A DNA stretch of 63,934 nt, filler included, from an uncultured Methanosarcinales archaeon (lineage in GTDB: Archaea; Nanobdellota; Nanobdellia; Woesearchaeales; DATDXC01), in NCBI GenBank assembly GCA_964510025.1. It is 3 parts of 3 records of this genome, joined end to end, with 100 filler letters (N's around TTAATTAATTAA, not from the genome) between each part and the next. Parts side by side here need not be neighbours in the genome. Positions count along the whole stretch, not along the records: positions 1 to 22,261 come from CAZDZV010000019.1; positions 22,362 to 44,610 come from CAZDZV010000020.1; 1 more part is not named here. One strand, 5' to 3'. Position 1 is the stretch's first letter, and each line of letters starts with the position of its first letter. Below, piece after piece: positions 19,465-32,001 of the stretch. A program made the position numbers and the translations under genes. The notes under the pieces were generated by a model that saw only the letters and a program-made list of their open reading frames with translations, was not told the origin of the DNA and did no database searches.

Positions 19465-21306
19465 ATGAAAATACTGGCTCTTCATTCAGATTTCATCGAG
19501 TTCGAAGCAAAGAAAAAGGCGATAAAGGCTCCAGAGAAGATAGAAAAGAAATCAAGCCGGATAGAGGAATGCTTGGTCGTCTTTGTTGCTGTTGAAAGGC
19601 GTGATGAGACCAACCCTGGTCTGTCAGCAGAAAATCTCAGCAAGAATATAGTTGATATAGCTTCTACGGTTAACACAAGAAGGATAATCCTGTACCCATA
19701 TGTCCACCTCACAAATCAGCCAAGCTCAGCAAAGACAGGCTTACAGGTTCTCCAGGATGCAGAAGAAAAGCTGAGGAAAGAATTTGAGGTTCACAGGAGC
19801 CCGTTTGGGTGGTATAAATCTTTTAGTATTTCAGTCAAAGGCCATCCGCTGAGCGAGCTCTCAAGGGAGTTCGGGCCTGAAAAGGAATCAGATTCGCTGA
19901 AAAAAGAGAGAAAGCTGGCCTCTTATTGGTACATACTGACTGAAGATGGAAAGCTTAATGAAGTAGGCAGTTTTGACTACACCAAGCACCAAAAGCTGAA
20001 GAAATTTGCGTTATATGAGAAAGAGAAGTCGCGGGCAGTCAGGCAGGAGCCCCCGCATGTCAAGCTTATGAAAAAGCTGGAGCTTGTGGATTACGAGCCA
20101 GCATCAGACGGGGGCAACCTCCGGTATTATCCAAAGGGCAGGCTTATAAAAAGGCTGCTGGAGGAGTATGTTACAGAAAGGATAATTGACTATGGGGGTA
20201 TTGAGGTTGAGACCCCTATAATGTATGATATAGACCATCCAACCTTATCAAAATATCTTCAGCGGTTTCCAGCCCGGCAGTACCAGATAGAATCTGACAA
20301 GAGGAAGTTCTTCCTTAGGTTTGCAGCATGCTTTGGCCAGTTCCTGATGGCTCACGATGCGACTATCAGCTATAAGGATCTGCCTTTGAAGCTTTATGAG
20401 CTTACACGGTATTCTTTCAGGAGGGAGCAGTCTGGAGAGCTTACCGGGTTGAGAAGGCTGAGGGCATTTACAATGCCTGATGTCCATGCTCTTGTGAAGG
20501 ATATGGATCAGGCAAAACAGGAGCTTGAGCAGAGGTTTGAATTAAGTATGTCTGTTTTGGCAGATATCGGGATAGCTGATGTAGAGATGGCTCTGAGGAC
20601 TACCAAAGATTATTTCGATGAGAACAAGGAGTTTATCATGGGCCTTGTCAGGAGATTCGGCAGGCCTGTGCTCTTGGAGATGTGGGATGAGCGCATATTC
20701 TATTTTGCGCTCAAGTATGAGCTTAATTTTGTGGATAACCTTGATAAGGCATCAGCGCTTAGCACAGACCAGATCGACATAGAGAACGGCGAAAGGTATG
20801 ATATCAGGTTCACTGGCAAGGATGGTAAGCAGAGGCATCCTTTAATACTTCACTGCAGCCCTTCAGGAGCCATAGAAAGGGTCATCTATGCTCTTCTTGA
20901 GCAGGCTGCTTCAGATATGAAAAAAGGCACCACGCCTAAGCTGCCCCTGTGGCTGAGCCCTGTGCAGGTAAGGGTCATCCCTGTTTCAGATGACTTTGCC
21001 GACTATGCTGGAAAGGTTATGAAGGAGCTTGGCGATAATATCAGGGTAGACATAGATGACAGGCCTCTTCACGTAGGCAAGAAGATAAGGGAAGCAGAGA
21101 CCAGCTGGATACCTTATGTTGCGGTTGTAGGTGAGAAAGAAAAGACTGCAAAGAAGATTTCTGTAAGGATAAGGGGCATAAATGAGCAGAAGCTGATGAA
21201 GGCAAAGGAGCTGATAGCAGAGATACACAAGAAAACAGAAGGCATGCCTTTCAGGCGGCTGCCGCTGCCACAGCAGCTCTCGAAGCAGCCGGTGTTCGTT
21301 GGGTAA
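19465..21306 (+). CDS. thrS: Threonyl-tRNA synthetase, archaeal type
   Basis: N-terminal archaeal editing domain (LALHSDFIEF, YPYVHL, RSPFGWYK), LRFAACFGQF, RREQSGE..GLRRLRAFTMPD, HCSPSGAIER, anticodon-binding domain. Confidence 0.97.
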   Translation: MKILALHSDFIEFEAKKKAIKAPEKIEKKSSRIEECLVVFVAVERRDETNPGLSAENLSKNIVDIASTVNTRRIILYPYVHLTNQPSSAKTGLQVLQDAEEKLRKEFEVHRSPFGWYKSFSISVKGHPLSELSREFGPEKESDSLKKERKLASYWYILTEDGKLNEVGSFDYTKHQKLKKFALYEKEKSRAVRQEPPHVKLMKKLELVDYEPASDGGNLRYYPKGRLIKRLLEEYVTERIIDYGGIEVETPIMYDIDHPTLSKYLQRFPARQYQIESDKRKFFLRFAACFGQFLMAHDATISYKDLPLKLYELTRYSFRREQSGELTGLRRLRAFTMPDVHALVKDMDQAKQELEQRFELSMSVLADIGIADVEMALRTTKDYFDENKEFIMGLVRRFGRPVLLEMWDERIFYFALKYELNFVDNLDKASALSTDQIDIENGERYDIRFTGKDGKQRHPLILHCSPSGAIERVIYALLEQAASDMKKGTTPKLPLWLSPVQVRVIPVSDDFADYAGKVMKELGDNIRVDIDDRPLHVGKKIREAETSWIPYVAVVGEKEKTAKKISVRIRGINEQKLMKAKELIAEIHKKTEGMPFRRLPLPQQLSKQPVFVG

Positions 21307-21346
21307 AAGGAAAAGTATTTATATATTTGATAGGAAAAGTGGCTCT

Positions 21347-22261
21347 ATGGGTCTTTTTGATGCTCTCCAGGATACAGCCAACCTCATAAAGCAGACCTTT
21401 TCTGTAATGGGCAGGAATCAGGATATATTCCGGCCTACGTTGAAGCAGCTCTGGCTTGCACTTGCTTTTTACCTTATGGTGATTGTGGCCATTATCTCAG
21501 CCTTCTTCACAACAGGCATAGTCCAGTTTGTTTCAGTTACGATAGGAGTGATTTTTCTTTTTTTGCTTGTTCCTGTGTTTCCTTTTATTAGGATATACTA
21601 TCGCGCTGCTCAATGCTGGATAGTCTACAAGACATTTACCGGACAGAGAACAGACTATTCTGATGGTATAGCAAGAGCAAAGCAAAACAAGGGCGACGTA
21701 TTCATTTTTGGGATATTTGACATAATATTGACCTCTCTTGCCAACAAGCTTAAGAAAGGCACAGGCAAAGGCGGGCTGGCGACGATACTAAATCTCATAA
21801 TGATGATCGCAGGCAAGGTCATTGAAGAGGGTTGGGATTTGGTAAACCATTATCTCCTGCCAGCAGCCATAATAAGGGAACAGACAGCCTTTCAGGCTTT
21901 GCCTGAGATAAAGAATCTAAGGAATAATGTGCCAGCTGCTTTGGCAGGCGTGTTTGGATTTGATTTTGCAGGCGACCTTATAAGGGGCTGGATCACTTTT
22001 TTCATGTTTTTGTTGGCACTTGCTGGGCTGGTGCTGGCCATTGTCTCTCAGGTATGGATGCCGTTTGTTGTTATCCTGATCCTGATCATCGGGATCAATA
22101 TTACAATAACCATCTTTATAGGCATGGTCAAGACAGTGTATTTCACACTGATGTATGTTGCAGTTACTATGCCCCTGTCTATTCCTGCCCAGTATAGGGA
22201 TGAAGTGTTAGGCTATCTTCGGTATAGGGCAACAGGGTCAGAAACAAAGGGATCTCCAAAC
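21347..22261 (+). CDS. Multi-pass membrane protein, truncated at contig end
   Basis: Open frame with several TM segments running into the N gap. Confidence 0.7.
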
Positions 22262-22361
22262 NNNNNNNNNNNNNNNNNNNNNNNNNNNNNNNNNNNNNNN
22301 NNNNNTTAATTAATTAANNNNNNNNNNNNNNNNNNNNNNNNNNNNNNNNNNNNNNNNNNNN
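22262..22361. other. Artificial contig-joining linker
   Basis: N run + TTAATTAATTAA (stops in all six frames) + N run; same structure at 44611-44710. Confidence 0.97.
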
Positions 22362-22597
22362 AAAGAGTATTTAGGTTGATCTTCACCATGCTCAGCGATA
22401 TATCTTGCTATTTCAGAATATCTTGGCTGGTCCGGACCAGCTGCAAGCCTGTAGCCTGCGGCTGCACCTATCAGAACACCTGCTATACCTCCAGCAGCTG
22501 CTCCCCTTAGCCAATCCCTTCGGCTGGTTCGCGCCTCAAACAGCCCTTCAACTGCCCTGACAGCTCTTCTAGCAATATCTCCAGCTCTCATTTTCAC
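22362..22597 (-). CDS. Hypothetical protein with Tat-like signal, truncated by gap
   Basis: TSRRDWLRG followed by a hydrophobic stretch; repeated DQPRYS/DQPKYS. Confidence 0.55.
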
Positions 22598-22642
22598 GGA
22601 TAAAATTTATCGTTCTATTTAAATCTTTCTGTTCTGTTACTA

Positions 22643-23260
22643 TTATTTAGTGATATTAATATAATTGGTTTCGAGCTCTATCTCCTTGTCCACGTTGCTT
22701 TGAGGATAAAGTTTTTTCTTTTCTTTTAATAGCTTCAGGTAATATGTGCACTTCTGTTCCGAAAGGTTCGGAAAATTTCTTATGATTATCCCTGTCCTGG
22801 CGACCTGTGCACCTAATTTCCTTATGGATTCCCTAACAGTCTCATGGACAGGGTAAACAAATGCTATTTTCTTGTTATTTTGAAAAATCCTACAGATCCC
22901 CCTGACAGAGATCAGCTTGCCCTTATGATAGCTCTTCTGGATTATCCTGTATCCTAGATTTTCTGGTCTCAACATACTCTTCAGTCTGGCCAGGTCTTCT
23001 TCATCAATCTGCTCATCAGGATCCAAAACCAGGATCCAGCGCTCTGTTGCTTTTGAGATAGAGAAGTTCCTCGCTGCAGAGAAATCGTCATCCCAGCTAA
23101 AATCAAAAACCTTGTCTGTGTATTTCCTGGCAATCTTCTTTGTGCTGTCCTTGCTGCCTGTGTCTACAATCACTATCTCATCCACATGATGATTGATCCT
23201 TTTCAGAAATCTGTCAAGATGTTTCTCTTCATCCTTCACTATCATGCATAGGGATATCAT
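22643..23260 (-). CDS. Glycosyltransferase family 2
   Basis: ISLCMIVKDEE, VDTGSKDST, DFSAARN, LDPDE. Confidence 0.92.
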   Translation of the reverse strand: MISLCMIVKDEEKHLDRFLKRINHHVDEIVIVDTGSKDSTKKIARKYTDKVFDFSWDDDFSAARNFSISKATERWILVLDPDEQIDEEDLARLKSMLRPENLGYRIIQKSYHKGKLISVRGICRIFQNNKKIAFVYPVHETVRESIRKLGAQVARTGIIIRNFPNLSEQKCTYYLKLLKEKKKLYPQSNVDKEIELETNYINITK

Positions 23261-23505
23261 AAGGACCAATAGTCTATTTTGTCAGTTCAAGCTCTCTAAC
23301 TGAAGGATCCTGCCTGGCCTGTTCGATAAGGTCGATGGCTCTTGCAGCAGCATCCTTTCAGCTGCAGGGCCTGCAGCTACTGCAAATTCAAGATCTTCTG
23401 CTTTGTCAAGTATCGGTGATGCATCAAACTCTTTCACTTTATAGTTAAGAATTTGGAATAAGCTAAAAATATATCGATAACAATATTATAAAATTAGGCA
23501 GAAGC

Positions 23506-25407
23506 TTATTTTATCCTTATAGCCTCTAAATTCCTTGGAGCATTTGTCTCTATCCTTGCCATCTTGTGGATAGATGAAGCAAGATCAAGGCACCGGCTGT
23601 TCTCGCCGTGGTTTATGATGACCTTCTTAGGCTTTGGATCGCATTTCTGGATGAAGTTCATCAGCTGGTTCCTTCCTGAGTGGCCTGTAAACCCCTCGAT
23701 CGTAGTTATGTCCATGTTCACCTTAAGGATCTCCTGCTTCGGAGGCTTTCCCTGGACAAACTCCTTTTCGCCGCGCTGGATGCGCCTACCGAGGCTTCCC
23801 TCTCCCTGGTAGCATACAAAGATTATGGAGTTCTTAGGATTGTCGCCCAGATGCTTAAGATACTCAACAGACGGACCGCCTACAAGCATACCGGAAGTCG
23901 CAAGGATCACACAAGGCCCGTGCTCCTCTATGATCTGCTTACGCTCTTTCTGGGAGCCGACCCTCTTGAAAACATCAGAAAGAAATGGGTTCTGGTCCTT
24001 ATGGAAGATAAGCTTCCTGATGAAGTTATTTAGGTATTCTGGATATGCTGTATGGATAGCTGTTATGTCCCATACCATGCCGTCTATGAAGATGGGTATC
24101 TTCTCAAGCTTGCTGTTCTTGATCGCCTGTTCGAGTATAACCATGACTTCCTGGGCACGTCCTGAACCCAGGACAGGGATCAGCACCTTGCCATTTCTTG
24201 CCAGGGTCTCCCTTATCTTGCTTATCAGCTGGCCTTCCTGCTCATGCCTGTTGGGAAGCACATTGTCCTTTCCGCCATATGTGGCTTCGATCATCAGTGT
24301 CTCAAGCCTTGGAAATGAGATAGATGCAGGCTGCAGGAGCTGTGTCTTGCCGAACTTCAGGTCGCCTGTATAGACGAGATTATGGAGGCCGTTCCCGATA
24401 TGCAGGTGCACCATAGACGAGCCAAGTATATGGCCTGCATTATATAGTGTTATCCTGACATCAGGCGTAACATCTGTAACCTCTTCATAGTCTAACGTTA
24501 TTGTATGCTTCACCATCTCTTTGACATGCTCTGTATCATAGATGGGGTCTTTTGCCTCAGACCGCATGATCTTGATATAGTCGAGCTGAAGAAGGGCCAT
24601 CACATCCCTCGTGGGAGCAGTGCAGTAAACAGGGCCGTTGTAGCCAAACTTAAAAAGATAGGGCACCAGACCAGAATGGTCAAGGTGCGAATGGCCTATT
24701 ATCACGGCATCCAGCTGGTTGATATCAAATTCAGGCGCTTCAAGATATGGATACATCTCTGAATTGGAAGCTGCAACATCCACACCGCAATCAAGCATCA
24801 CCCTTGATTCAGGGGTCTGGAGGAGCATACAGGACCTTCCGACCTGGCGCGCGCCTCCTAAAAAGCTCACCCTTATCCACTCATGCTTTTTTTCCCGCAA
24901 CCAGCCATCATATATCCTGTGGCCGATCTTGTCTAGGAACTTTCTCCTGTAATCAGAATGCTGATAAAGCACTGCCCTTATGTTCTCTATGAGCTTTGAC
25001 CTTATTGCGGGCTTCCTCTTGATCAGGGGCACCCATAACGTGTTCTGCCTTATCTCCCTTAGGAATGAGCCCTGCTTTCCTATGGCCAGTCCAGGCTTGT
25101 CTGCCTCTATGACAACCATGCTCCTTTGAGGGTCAAATATTATCTGGTCAACTCCAGCTTCCTCGGGTATGATCTTCTTTATCTTCTTTTCAGCCTTTTC
25201 CATGTCCATGGTGATGCTTGGATCAGGCCTCAGCTCTACCCTTTTCTTTATATTGTCAACTATCCTCTTTATGACCCCTTCATTGTTCAGGAAGAAATCA
25301 TTGTCTTTTGTATATAGGACTATGTTAGCGCCTTCAAAGCAGGCATCAGAGACCTTTTTTTCAGGCAGGTTCTTATAGATTTCCTTTATAATCGGGTTTT
25401 CAGCCAT
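23506..25407 (-). CDS. fttA: Beta-CASP ribonuclease aCPSF1 (FttA, transcription termination factor)
   Basis: N-terminal KH domains (KPGLAIGKQG), GGARQVGRS, HSHLDH, AGHILGS, GFTGHS, NHGE; adjacent to psmB. Confidence 0.95.
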   Translation of the reverse strand: MAENPIIKEIYKNLPEKKVSDACFEGANIVLYTKDNDFFLNNEGVIKRIVDNIKKRVELRPDPSITMDMEKAEKKIKKIIPEEAGVDQIIFDPQRSMVVIEADKPGLAIGKQGSFLREIRQNTLWVPLIKRKPAIRSKLIENIRAVLYQHSDYRRKFLDKIGHRIYDGWLREKKHEWIRVSFLGGARQVGRSCMLLQTPESRVMLDCGVDVAASNSEMYPYLEAPEFDINQLDAVIIGHSHLDHSGLVPYLFKFGYNGPVYCTAPTRDVMALLQLDYIKIMRSEAKDPIYDTEHVKEMVKHTITLDYEEVTDVTPDVRITLYNAGHILGSSMVHLHIGNGLHNLVYTGDLKFGKTQLLQPASISFPRLETLMIEATYGGKDNVLPNRHEQEGQLISKIRETLARNGKVLIPVLGSGRAQEVMVILEQAIKNSKLEKIPIFIDGMVWDITAIHTAYPEYLNNFIRKLIFHKDQNPFLSDVFKRVGSQKERKQIIEEHGPCVILATSGMLVGGPSVEYLKHLGDNPKNSIIFVCYQGEGSLGRRIQRGEKEFVQGKPPKQEILKVNMDITTIEGFTGHSGRNQLMNFIQKCDPKPKKVIINHGENSRCLDLASSIHKMARIETNAPRNLEAIRIK

Positions 25408-25443
25408 TTTTTCAGAAATTTTGGTATAAACAAACAGAATAAC

Positions 25444-26082
25444 TTACGCTTCCAGCTTATAATCTATCTTCTTGCTCAGTACTTTTTTAACACCTTCATC
25501 TGTTATTGTAACAACATCTACGCCGTTTCCAGAAGCTATATCCCTCTGGACAGCTGCATTTATAGCCTTGACTCCCAGCTTCATAGCCTCGTCTACAGAA
25601 ATTCCTGGCTTGAACAGCGTTTCAAGAACACCGTAGGCCATGACAGAGCCAGAGCCAGATGAAACATATTCATCAGTGGGCGTAATAGAGCCGTCTGGGC
25701 TCAGATCATAGCAGTGAAAACCTTCACTGTCTCTGCCCCCTATTATAAAGTGGGATATGCTTGGTATCATGCTCATCTGCCTTATGCTCCCATACACAAG
25801 CGAAGACAGCATGCTTACTGCTTCCCTTACTGTTATCTTCCTTTCGGTGCGAATCTCCCTCAGCTTGATCTCTGCCTTTATTATCTTGCTCAGCAGCTGG
25901 ACATCTGAAACAGATCCTGCGACCGTTACAGCGATATTGTCGCTTATCTGGATTATCTTGTCAAACTTCTTATATGCCACCAGGTAGCCTGATGTCACTC
26001 TCTTATCTGCGCAAAGAACAATTCCGTCCTTACAGACAATTCCTACTGTGGTTGTTCCGGTTTTTTTTATATCTTCTACCAT
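25444..26082 (-). CDS. psmB: Proteasome subunit beta
   Basis: KTGTTTVG propeptide cleavage site, ADKR, SGSGS, RDIASG. Confidence 0.96.
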   Translation of the reverse strand: MVEDIKKTGTTTVGIVCKDGIVLCADKRVTSGYLVAYKKFDKIIQISDNIAVTVAGSVSDVQLLSKIIKAEIKLREIRTERKITVREAVSMLSSLVYGSIRQMSMIPSISHFIIGGRDSEGFHCYDLSPDGSITPTDEYVSSGSGSVMAYGVLETLFKPGISVDEAMKLGVKAINAAVQRDIASGNGVDVVTITDEGVKKVLSKKIDYKLEA

Positions 26083-26151
26083 TTAAGAATTCCCTTCTGA
26101 GAACAATAAGGCTAGTAGTATTGAGGTTATATTTAAACCTTTTGTTTTTGA

Positions 26152-28149
<1,998 letters not shown>

Positions 28150-28189
28150 AAAGTTTTATAAACAAAAGTCTAATTCTCCGGACAGTAAA

Positions 28190-28777
28190 ATGGCAAAAGA
28201 AAAAACAAAGATAAAGAAGAAACAATGGATAGAGATAATTGCCCCAAAGATTTTCAAGGAATACTCACTTTGCGAGATCACCACACTGGAGCCCAAAAGC
28301 ATCATCGGCAGGACAGTAAAGGTAAGTCTGATGGAGCTTATAGGTAACACAAAGAAACAGAACACTGTTATCGAGTTCAAGATCACGAAGCTTGAGGACA
28401 ACAAGGCAAAGACAGAGATAATCGGATACAAGGTAGCTCCTTCTTCCATCAAGAGGTTCGTAAGAAGGGGGAGAGAAAAGGTGGAGAACTCGATGGATTT
28501 CGTGACATCTGACAAGAAGAGCATAAGGGTGAAATCCTTTGCAGTAACAAGATCAAAGACAAACAATTCTGTGCTTACCAACCTCAACAGGGGGCTGGTA
28601 GAGCTCCTCAAGAGGGAGATAGCTAAGGTGAATCTTGAGCAGCTGTTCTCGCTGGTAATATCAAACAAGCTGCAGGAGCAGATAAAGTCAAACCTTGCAA
28701 AGATATATCCGCTTAAGATATTCCTGATAAGAGAGATGAAACTAAAGGGTGATGCTGATGCCAAAACCAGTGATTGA
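28190..28777 (+). CDS. rps3ae: 30S ribosomal protein S3Ae (eS1)
   Basis: KKQWIEIIAPKIF...IIGRTVKVSL, KRFVRRG, KIYPLK. Confidence 0.85.
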   Translation: MAKEKTKIKKKQWIEIIAPKIFKEYSLCEITTLEPKSIIGRTVKVSLMELIGNTKKQNTVIEFKITKLEDNKAKTEIIGYKVAPSSIKRFVRRGREKVENSMDFVTSDKKSIRVKSFAVTRSKTNNSVLTNLNRGLVELLKREIAKVNLEQLFSLVISNKLQEQIKSNLAKIYPLKIFLIREMKLKGDADAKTSD

Positions 28778-28934
28778 TTATGAAAAATGCGAGAACTGCG
28801 GCGCATGCGTAGATGCCTGTCCGGTGCAGGTTCTTGAAAAAAAAGACAAGATAGAGGTAGCTAAGCCGGATGACTGCATAGGGTGCCAGGCTTGTGTAGG
28901 CTCATGCCCCCATGATGCGATCAAGGTTGAATAA
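28758..28934 (+). CDS. 2[4Fe-4S] ferredoxin
   Basis: CENCGACVDACP and CIGCQACVGSCP. Confidence 0.93.
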   Translation: MPKPVIDYEKCENCGACVDACPVQVLEKKDKIEVAKPDDCIGCQACVGSCPHDAIKVE

Positions 28935-29928
28935 GGTCTATCTTTTCATTGCAGAAAGCGCATCTATCTTCTTCCAGGTTGGTATTGTTGACTGAGAATC
29001 CTGACCTGTCGATTACCTTTTTTTTGCATTTTGGGCAGTATGTGCTCTCATAGCTGTCTCCGGGAACATTGCCTGCGTAGATATATTTCAGGCTGTGCTT
29101 TTTTCCTATCTCAACTGCCTTGTGGATCACGCCTATGTCTGTTGGGGGGACATGCCTCATCTTATAATGCGGAAAATACCTTGAGATATGCCAGGGTATC
29201 TTCCTGTCTAGGGAAGCTATGAACTCTGCTATCCTGCCAAGCATCTCAGGGCTGTCATTATGGCCGGGCATTATAAGTGTTGTCAGCTCAAGCCAGACAT
29301 TTTTCTTATGGTATTCCCTGATAGCATCCAGGACAGGCTGAAGGCTTGCTCCGCAGACATTCTGGTAGTATTCTTCAGAAAACCCCTTTAGATCAACATT
29401 CGCTGCATCCAGGTACCTTGATATCTTTGCTATTGCTGGCCTTGTGATGTAGCCATTTGTCACAAAAACATTCTTTAGCCCTTTTTTCCTTGCCAGCCTT
29501 GCTGTCTCGTAAGCATATTCAAAAAATATGGTCGGCTCTGTATACGTGTAGGATATGCTTTGGCAATTGTTCGCTATGGCATCTTCGACTATGGCTTCCG
29601 GAGAAAGGTCACGGCCCATCACTGCCTTGTCAGGCTTTGGCTGCTGGGAGATCTCCCAGTTCTGGCAGAAGCCACAAAAGAGGTTGCAGCCTACAGTGGC
29701 AACGCTGTAGGAATGTGATCCTGGCATGAAATGGAACAGAGGCTTCTTTTCTATGGGATCTACTGCAGTTGATATTGCTTTTCCGAACACCAGAGAATAG
29801 AGCATGCCGTCCCTGTTCTCCCTTACGCCGCACTTGCCTCTTGAACCTGGCCTTATCACACATCTATGGGGGCAGAGAAAACAGCTGACCATGCTGCCTT
29901 TGCTTCTGTAGAACATAGCTTCTTTCAT
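28921..29928 (-). CDS. amrS: AmmeMemoRadiSam system radical SAM enzyme (copy 1)
   Basis: CFLCPHRC, DPIEKKPLFHF, GCNLFCGFCQNWEISQ, YTYTEP, ANVDLK, CPKC. Confidence 0.93.
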   Translation of the reverse strand: MKEAMFYRSKGSMVSCFLCPHRCVIRPGSRGKCGVRENRDGMLYSLVFGKAISTAVDPIEKKPLFHFMPGSHSYSVATVGCNLFCGFCQNWEISQQPKPDKAVMGRDLSPEAIVEDAIANNCQSISYTYTEPTIFFEYAYETARLARKKGLKNVFVTNGYITRPAIAKISRYLDAANVDLKGFSEEYYQNVCGASLQPVLDAIREYHKKNVWLELTTLIMPGHNDSPEMLGRIAEFIASLDRKIPWHISRYFPHYKMRHVPPTDIGVIHKAVEIGKKHSLKYIYAGNVPGDSYESTYCPKCKKKVIDRSGFSVNNTNLEEDRCAFCNEKIDLIQP

Positions 29929-29963
29929 ACAAACGGCTAAGAGCGCGTCACATTTAACCTTTT

Positions 29964-30875
29964 CTATTTGATGTCTCCAAATATCTCCTGATCAGGATAA
30001 ACCAGAATCCCGTTCTCAGATATTTTCATGGCGACTATCTTGTTCTGATGGGATTCGCCTCTCATCTTCAGGATCTCCACAGCTCTCTCCCTGATATCTG
30101 CCCGTTTTATATTATAGAGGACTATGACACCGTCTGCCAAAAACTCCTCAACACCTGTGGTGGAGAATATCTCAGGCATCTGCTTGGTCTCTGTTATCAG
30201 AAATGATGTTGTGCCAAGATTCTCAAAAAGGTCAAACAGCTGCTCGATGTAGATGCGGTAAGAGCCTTCCTTGAGCTTGAAGGTAGAGGCAATAGCTGTC
30301 AGTGAGTCCAAGACAATGAAATCAGGCTTAAACCCCTTTGGCATGAGCAGGGGCTCAAGGTCATTTTTCAGGTTTGATGCATCGACCTTCTGGAACTTTG
30401 ACCTGTCCAGCATAGAGTCTATGCTTCTTGTTATGGAAAACGGAGAATACTTCCTGATTACGAGATTGCCCTGTTGGATAAGCTTTTTCGGCTTCCAGCC
30501 GAACTTTTCCATGTGGCTTATCAGCCTCTGCTCAGATTCCTCGAAGCTCATGTAGAGGCATTTCTTTCCCTGAGAAGCATGGAAGACCATCTCCTGCAGG
30601 CAGAACACTGTCTTTCCTGTTCCTGTTCCGCCTGCGATAAGCACAGAAGAGCCTTTTGGAATGCCATGGGTGAACAGCTCATCCATGCCTATAACGCCTG
30701 TAGCTACATATTCGCCTGCAGGCCTGGCTGGCTTGTCCTTGAGCGAGTCCAGGGTATGCTTTGCAGGAGCCCGCTGCTCAAGAATCTGCGCCTGATGCTT
30801 TTCGATGCTCCCTTTTCTTAATTTCTCCTCGATCTCTGCCTTGACCCTTGCCAGGTCAAGCTTCTTGGATGCCAT
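29964..30875 (-). CDS. KaiC/RAD55-like RecA-superfamily ATPase (single domain)
   Basis: GGTGTGKT Walker A, SFEE, VLDSLT Walker B, EEFLADGVI, KMRG. Confidence 0.9.
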   Translation of the reverse strand: MASKKLDLARVKAEIEEKLRKGSIEKHQAQILEQRAPAKHTLDSLKDKPARPAGEYVATGVIGMDELFTHGIPKGSSVLIAGGTGTGKTVFCLQEMVFHASQGKKCLYMSFEESEQRLISHMEKFGWKPKKLIQQGNLVIRKYSPFSITRSIDSMLDRSKFQKVDASNLKNDLEPLLMPKGFKPDFIVLDSLTAIASTFKLKEGSYRIYIEQLFDLFENLGTTSFLITETKQMPEIFSTTGVEEFLADGVIVLYNIKRADIRERAVEILKMRGESHQNKIVAMKISENGILVYPDQEIFGDIK

Positions 30876-30911
30876 CTAGATGATATCAGCAAACTGGATA
30901 TATAAACTTTT

Positions 30912-31781
30912 CTAAAGAACATTGACTCCGAAAGAGTACCTGAACCATCTGTTTATCTTATGCTTAACATGCATCTTCAGTTTGCGTCTGTTGTGGGGCA
31001 CCGGCCTTATCTTCAGAAGCCTGCTTTTCGGGACAGGCTTTGCGTATGAATTCTTGTAGAAGAGCAGGAAAGCGCCTCCTAAAGACACGAAAAGCAGCAC
31101 GAAAAGTATGTTGGGGTTTATCTGGGCGCTGGAGACAACATATCCTGTGAGCTGCCTTCCTGGATCGAAAAAAGAGAAGATCCCTAAAGAAAAGACAAGG
31201 AAAACAGCAGCCAGGGCGTGGTTATGCTTTTTCCGCTCGATGGTGTGGTAGAAATCTGTAAACCTGACAGCCTTGTCTATGTACATTAGCGCATTCTTGA
31301 TAAGGGTGGTCTCCATATCGTCTTCCAGGCATGTAAATATGCCCTTCTTTTCCTCTGACTTTACCTTGTTTATTATGTGGGAAGTGAACCTTTCCACGCC
31401 CTTGTTCTTTATGTCATAGATATTCAAGGTTGAGAGAGAATCAAACATGACAAGGTCAAAAACACCTGACTTCAAGGATTCGGTCAGAGCTATGCTCAGC
31501 TCTGAAAGGGCGGCAGGAGAGGAAACATAGAGCACATTGTCATCCTCTGATTTCTTTCCAAGGCCCCATGATACAGCATCTATGAAGAAAATATTCCTTG
31601 TGTTGATGCCATGTAGCCGGAACACCTTTTCAAGCGATGATGCTGTCTTGTTCAGGGTCACATAGCATATCCGCTCCCCTTTTATGCCTTTCAGCGTTTC
31701 AAGCACAGATTCATTGTAATACAACTTAGAGAATATTGACAGCAGAATCTGGTTATCCAGAAGCTCTTCAGCTATATTCAT
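30912..31781 (-). CDS. Inactive KaiC-like domain with two C-terminal TM helices
   Basis: YVTLNK, FFIDAVS, SPAALSELSI, FDSLSTL; no Walker A; co-oriented with the KaiC-like ATPase. Confidence 0.7.
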   Translation of the reverse strand: MNIAEELLDNQILLSIFSKLYYNESVLETLKGIKGERICYVTLNKTASSLEKVFRLHGINTRNIFFIDAVSWGLGKKSEDDNVLYVSSPAALSELSIALTESLKSGVFDLVMFDSLSTLNIYDIKNKGVERFTSHIINKVKSEEKKGIFTCLEDDMETTLIKNALMYIDKAVRFTDFYHTIERKKHNHALAAVFLVFSLGIFSFFDPGRQLTGYVVSSAQINPNILFVLLFVSLGGAFLLFYKNSYAKPVPKSRLLKIRPVPHNRRKLKMHVKHKINRWFRYSFGVNVL

Positions 31782-31895
31782 ACACCATGCTTTGCAGAGG
31801 TCATATAAAAATATTTCTAAAAAGAGATAATCGGTTGCTATTCTCAACCAAATATTTATGTAGTTGACAGGAGCTTCATACAGTAAGGTGAGACA

Positions 31896-32000
31896 GTGGT
31901 CGAGAATGAAGCCGTTTGCCCCCACTGCGGCAAGAAAATCAAGAGAACATTTGTAAAGGGCTTCTCAGTTATCTGCCCATACTGCAGTTCTCCCATCTAG
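31896..32000 (+). CDS. CPxCG-type zinc-finger micro-protein (34 aa, not in ORF track)
   Basis: MVENEAVCPHCGKKIKRTFVKGFSVICPYCSSPI; AGGTGA RBS before the GTG. Confidence 0.75.
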   Translation: MVENEAVCPHCGKKIKRTFVKGFSVICPYCSSPI

Positions 32001-32001
32001 G

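Noticed and set aside
22262..22361. TTAATTAATTAA palindrome inside N runs (also 44611-44710)
   Set aside because: Synthetic six-frame-stop contig linker, not biological.
23274..23440. Short broken minus-strand frame between the GT2 gene and aCPSF1
   Set aside because: Too short and fragmentary to call.
28156..28806. Long antisense ORFs (e.g. 28156-28806, 16431-17228, 5014-5625, 23825-24373)
   Set aside because: Shadows of well-supported genes on the opposite strand.
29964..31781. Circadian clock
   Set aside because: Single-domain KaiC-like protein with no kaiA or kaiB; such ATPases are common in archaea.
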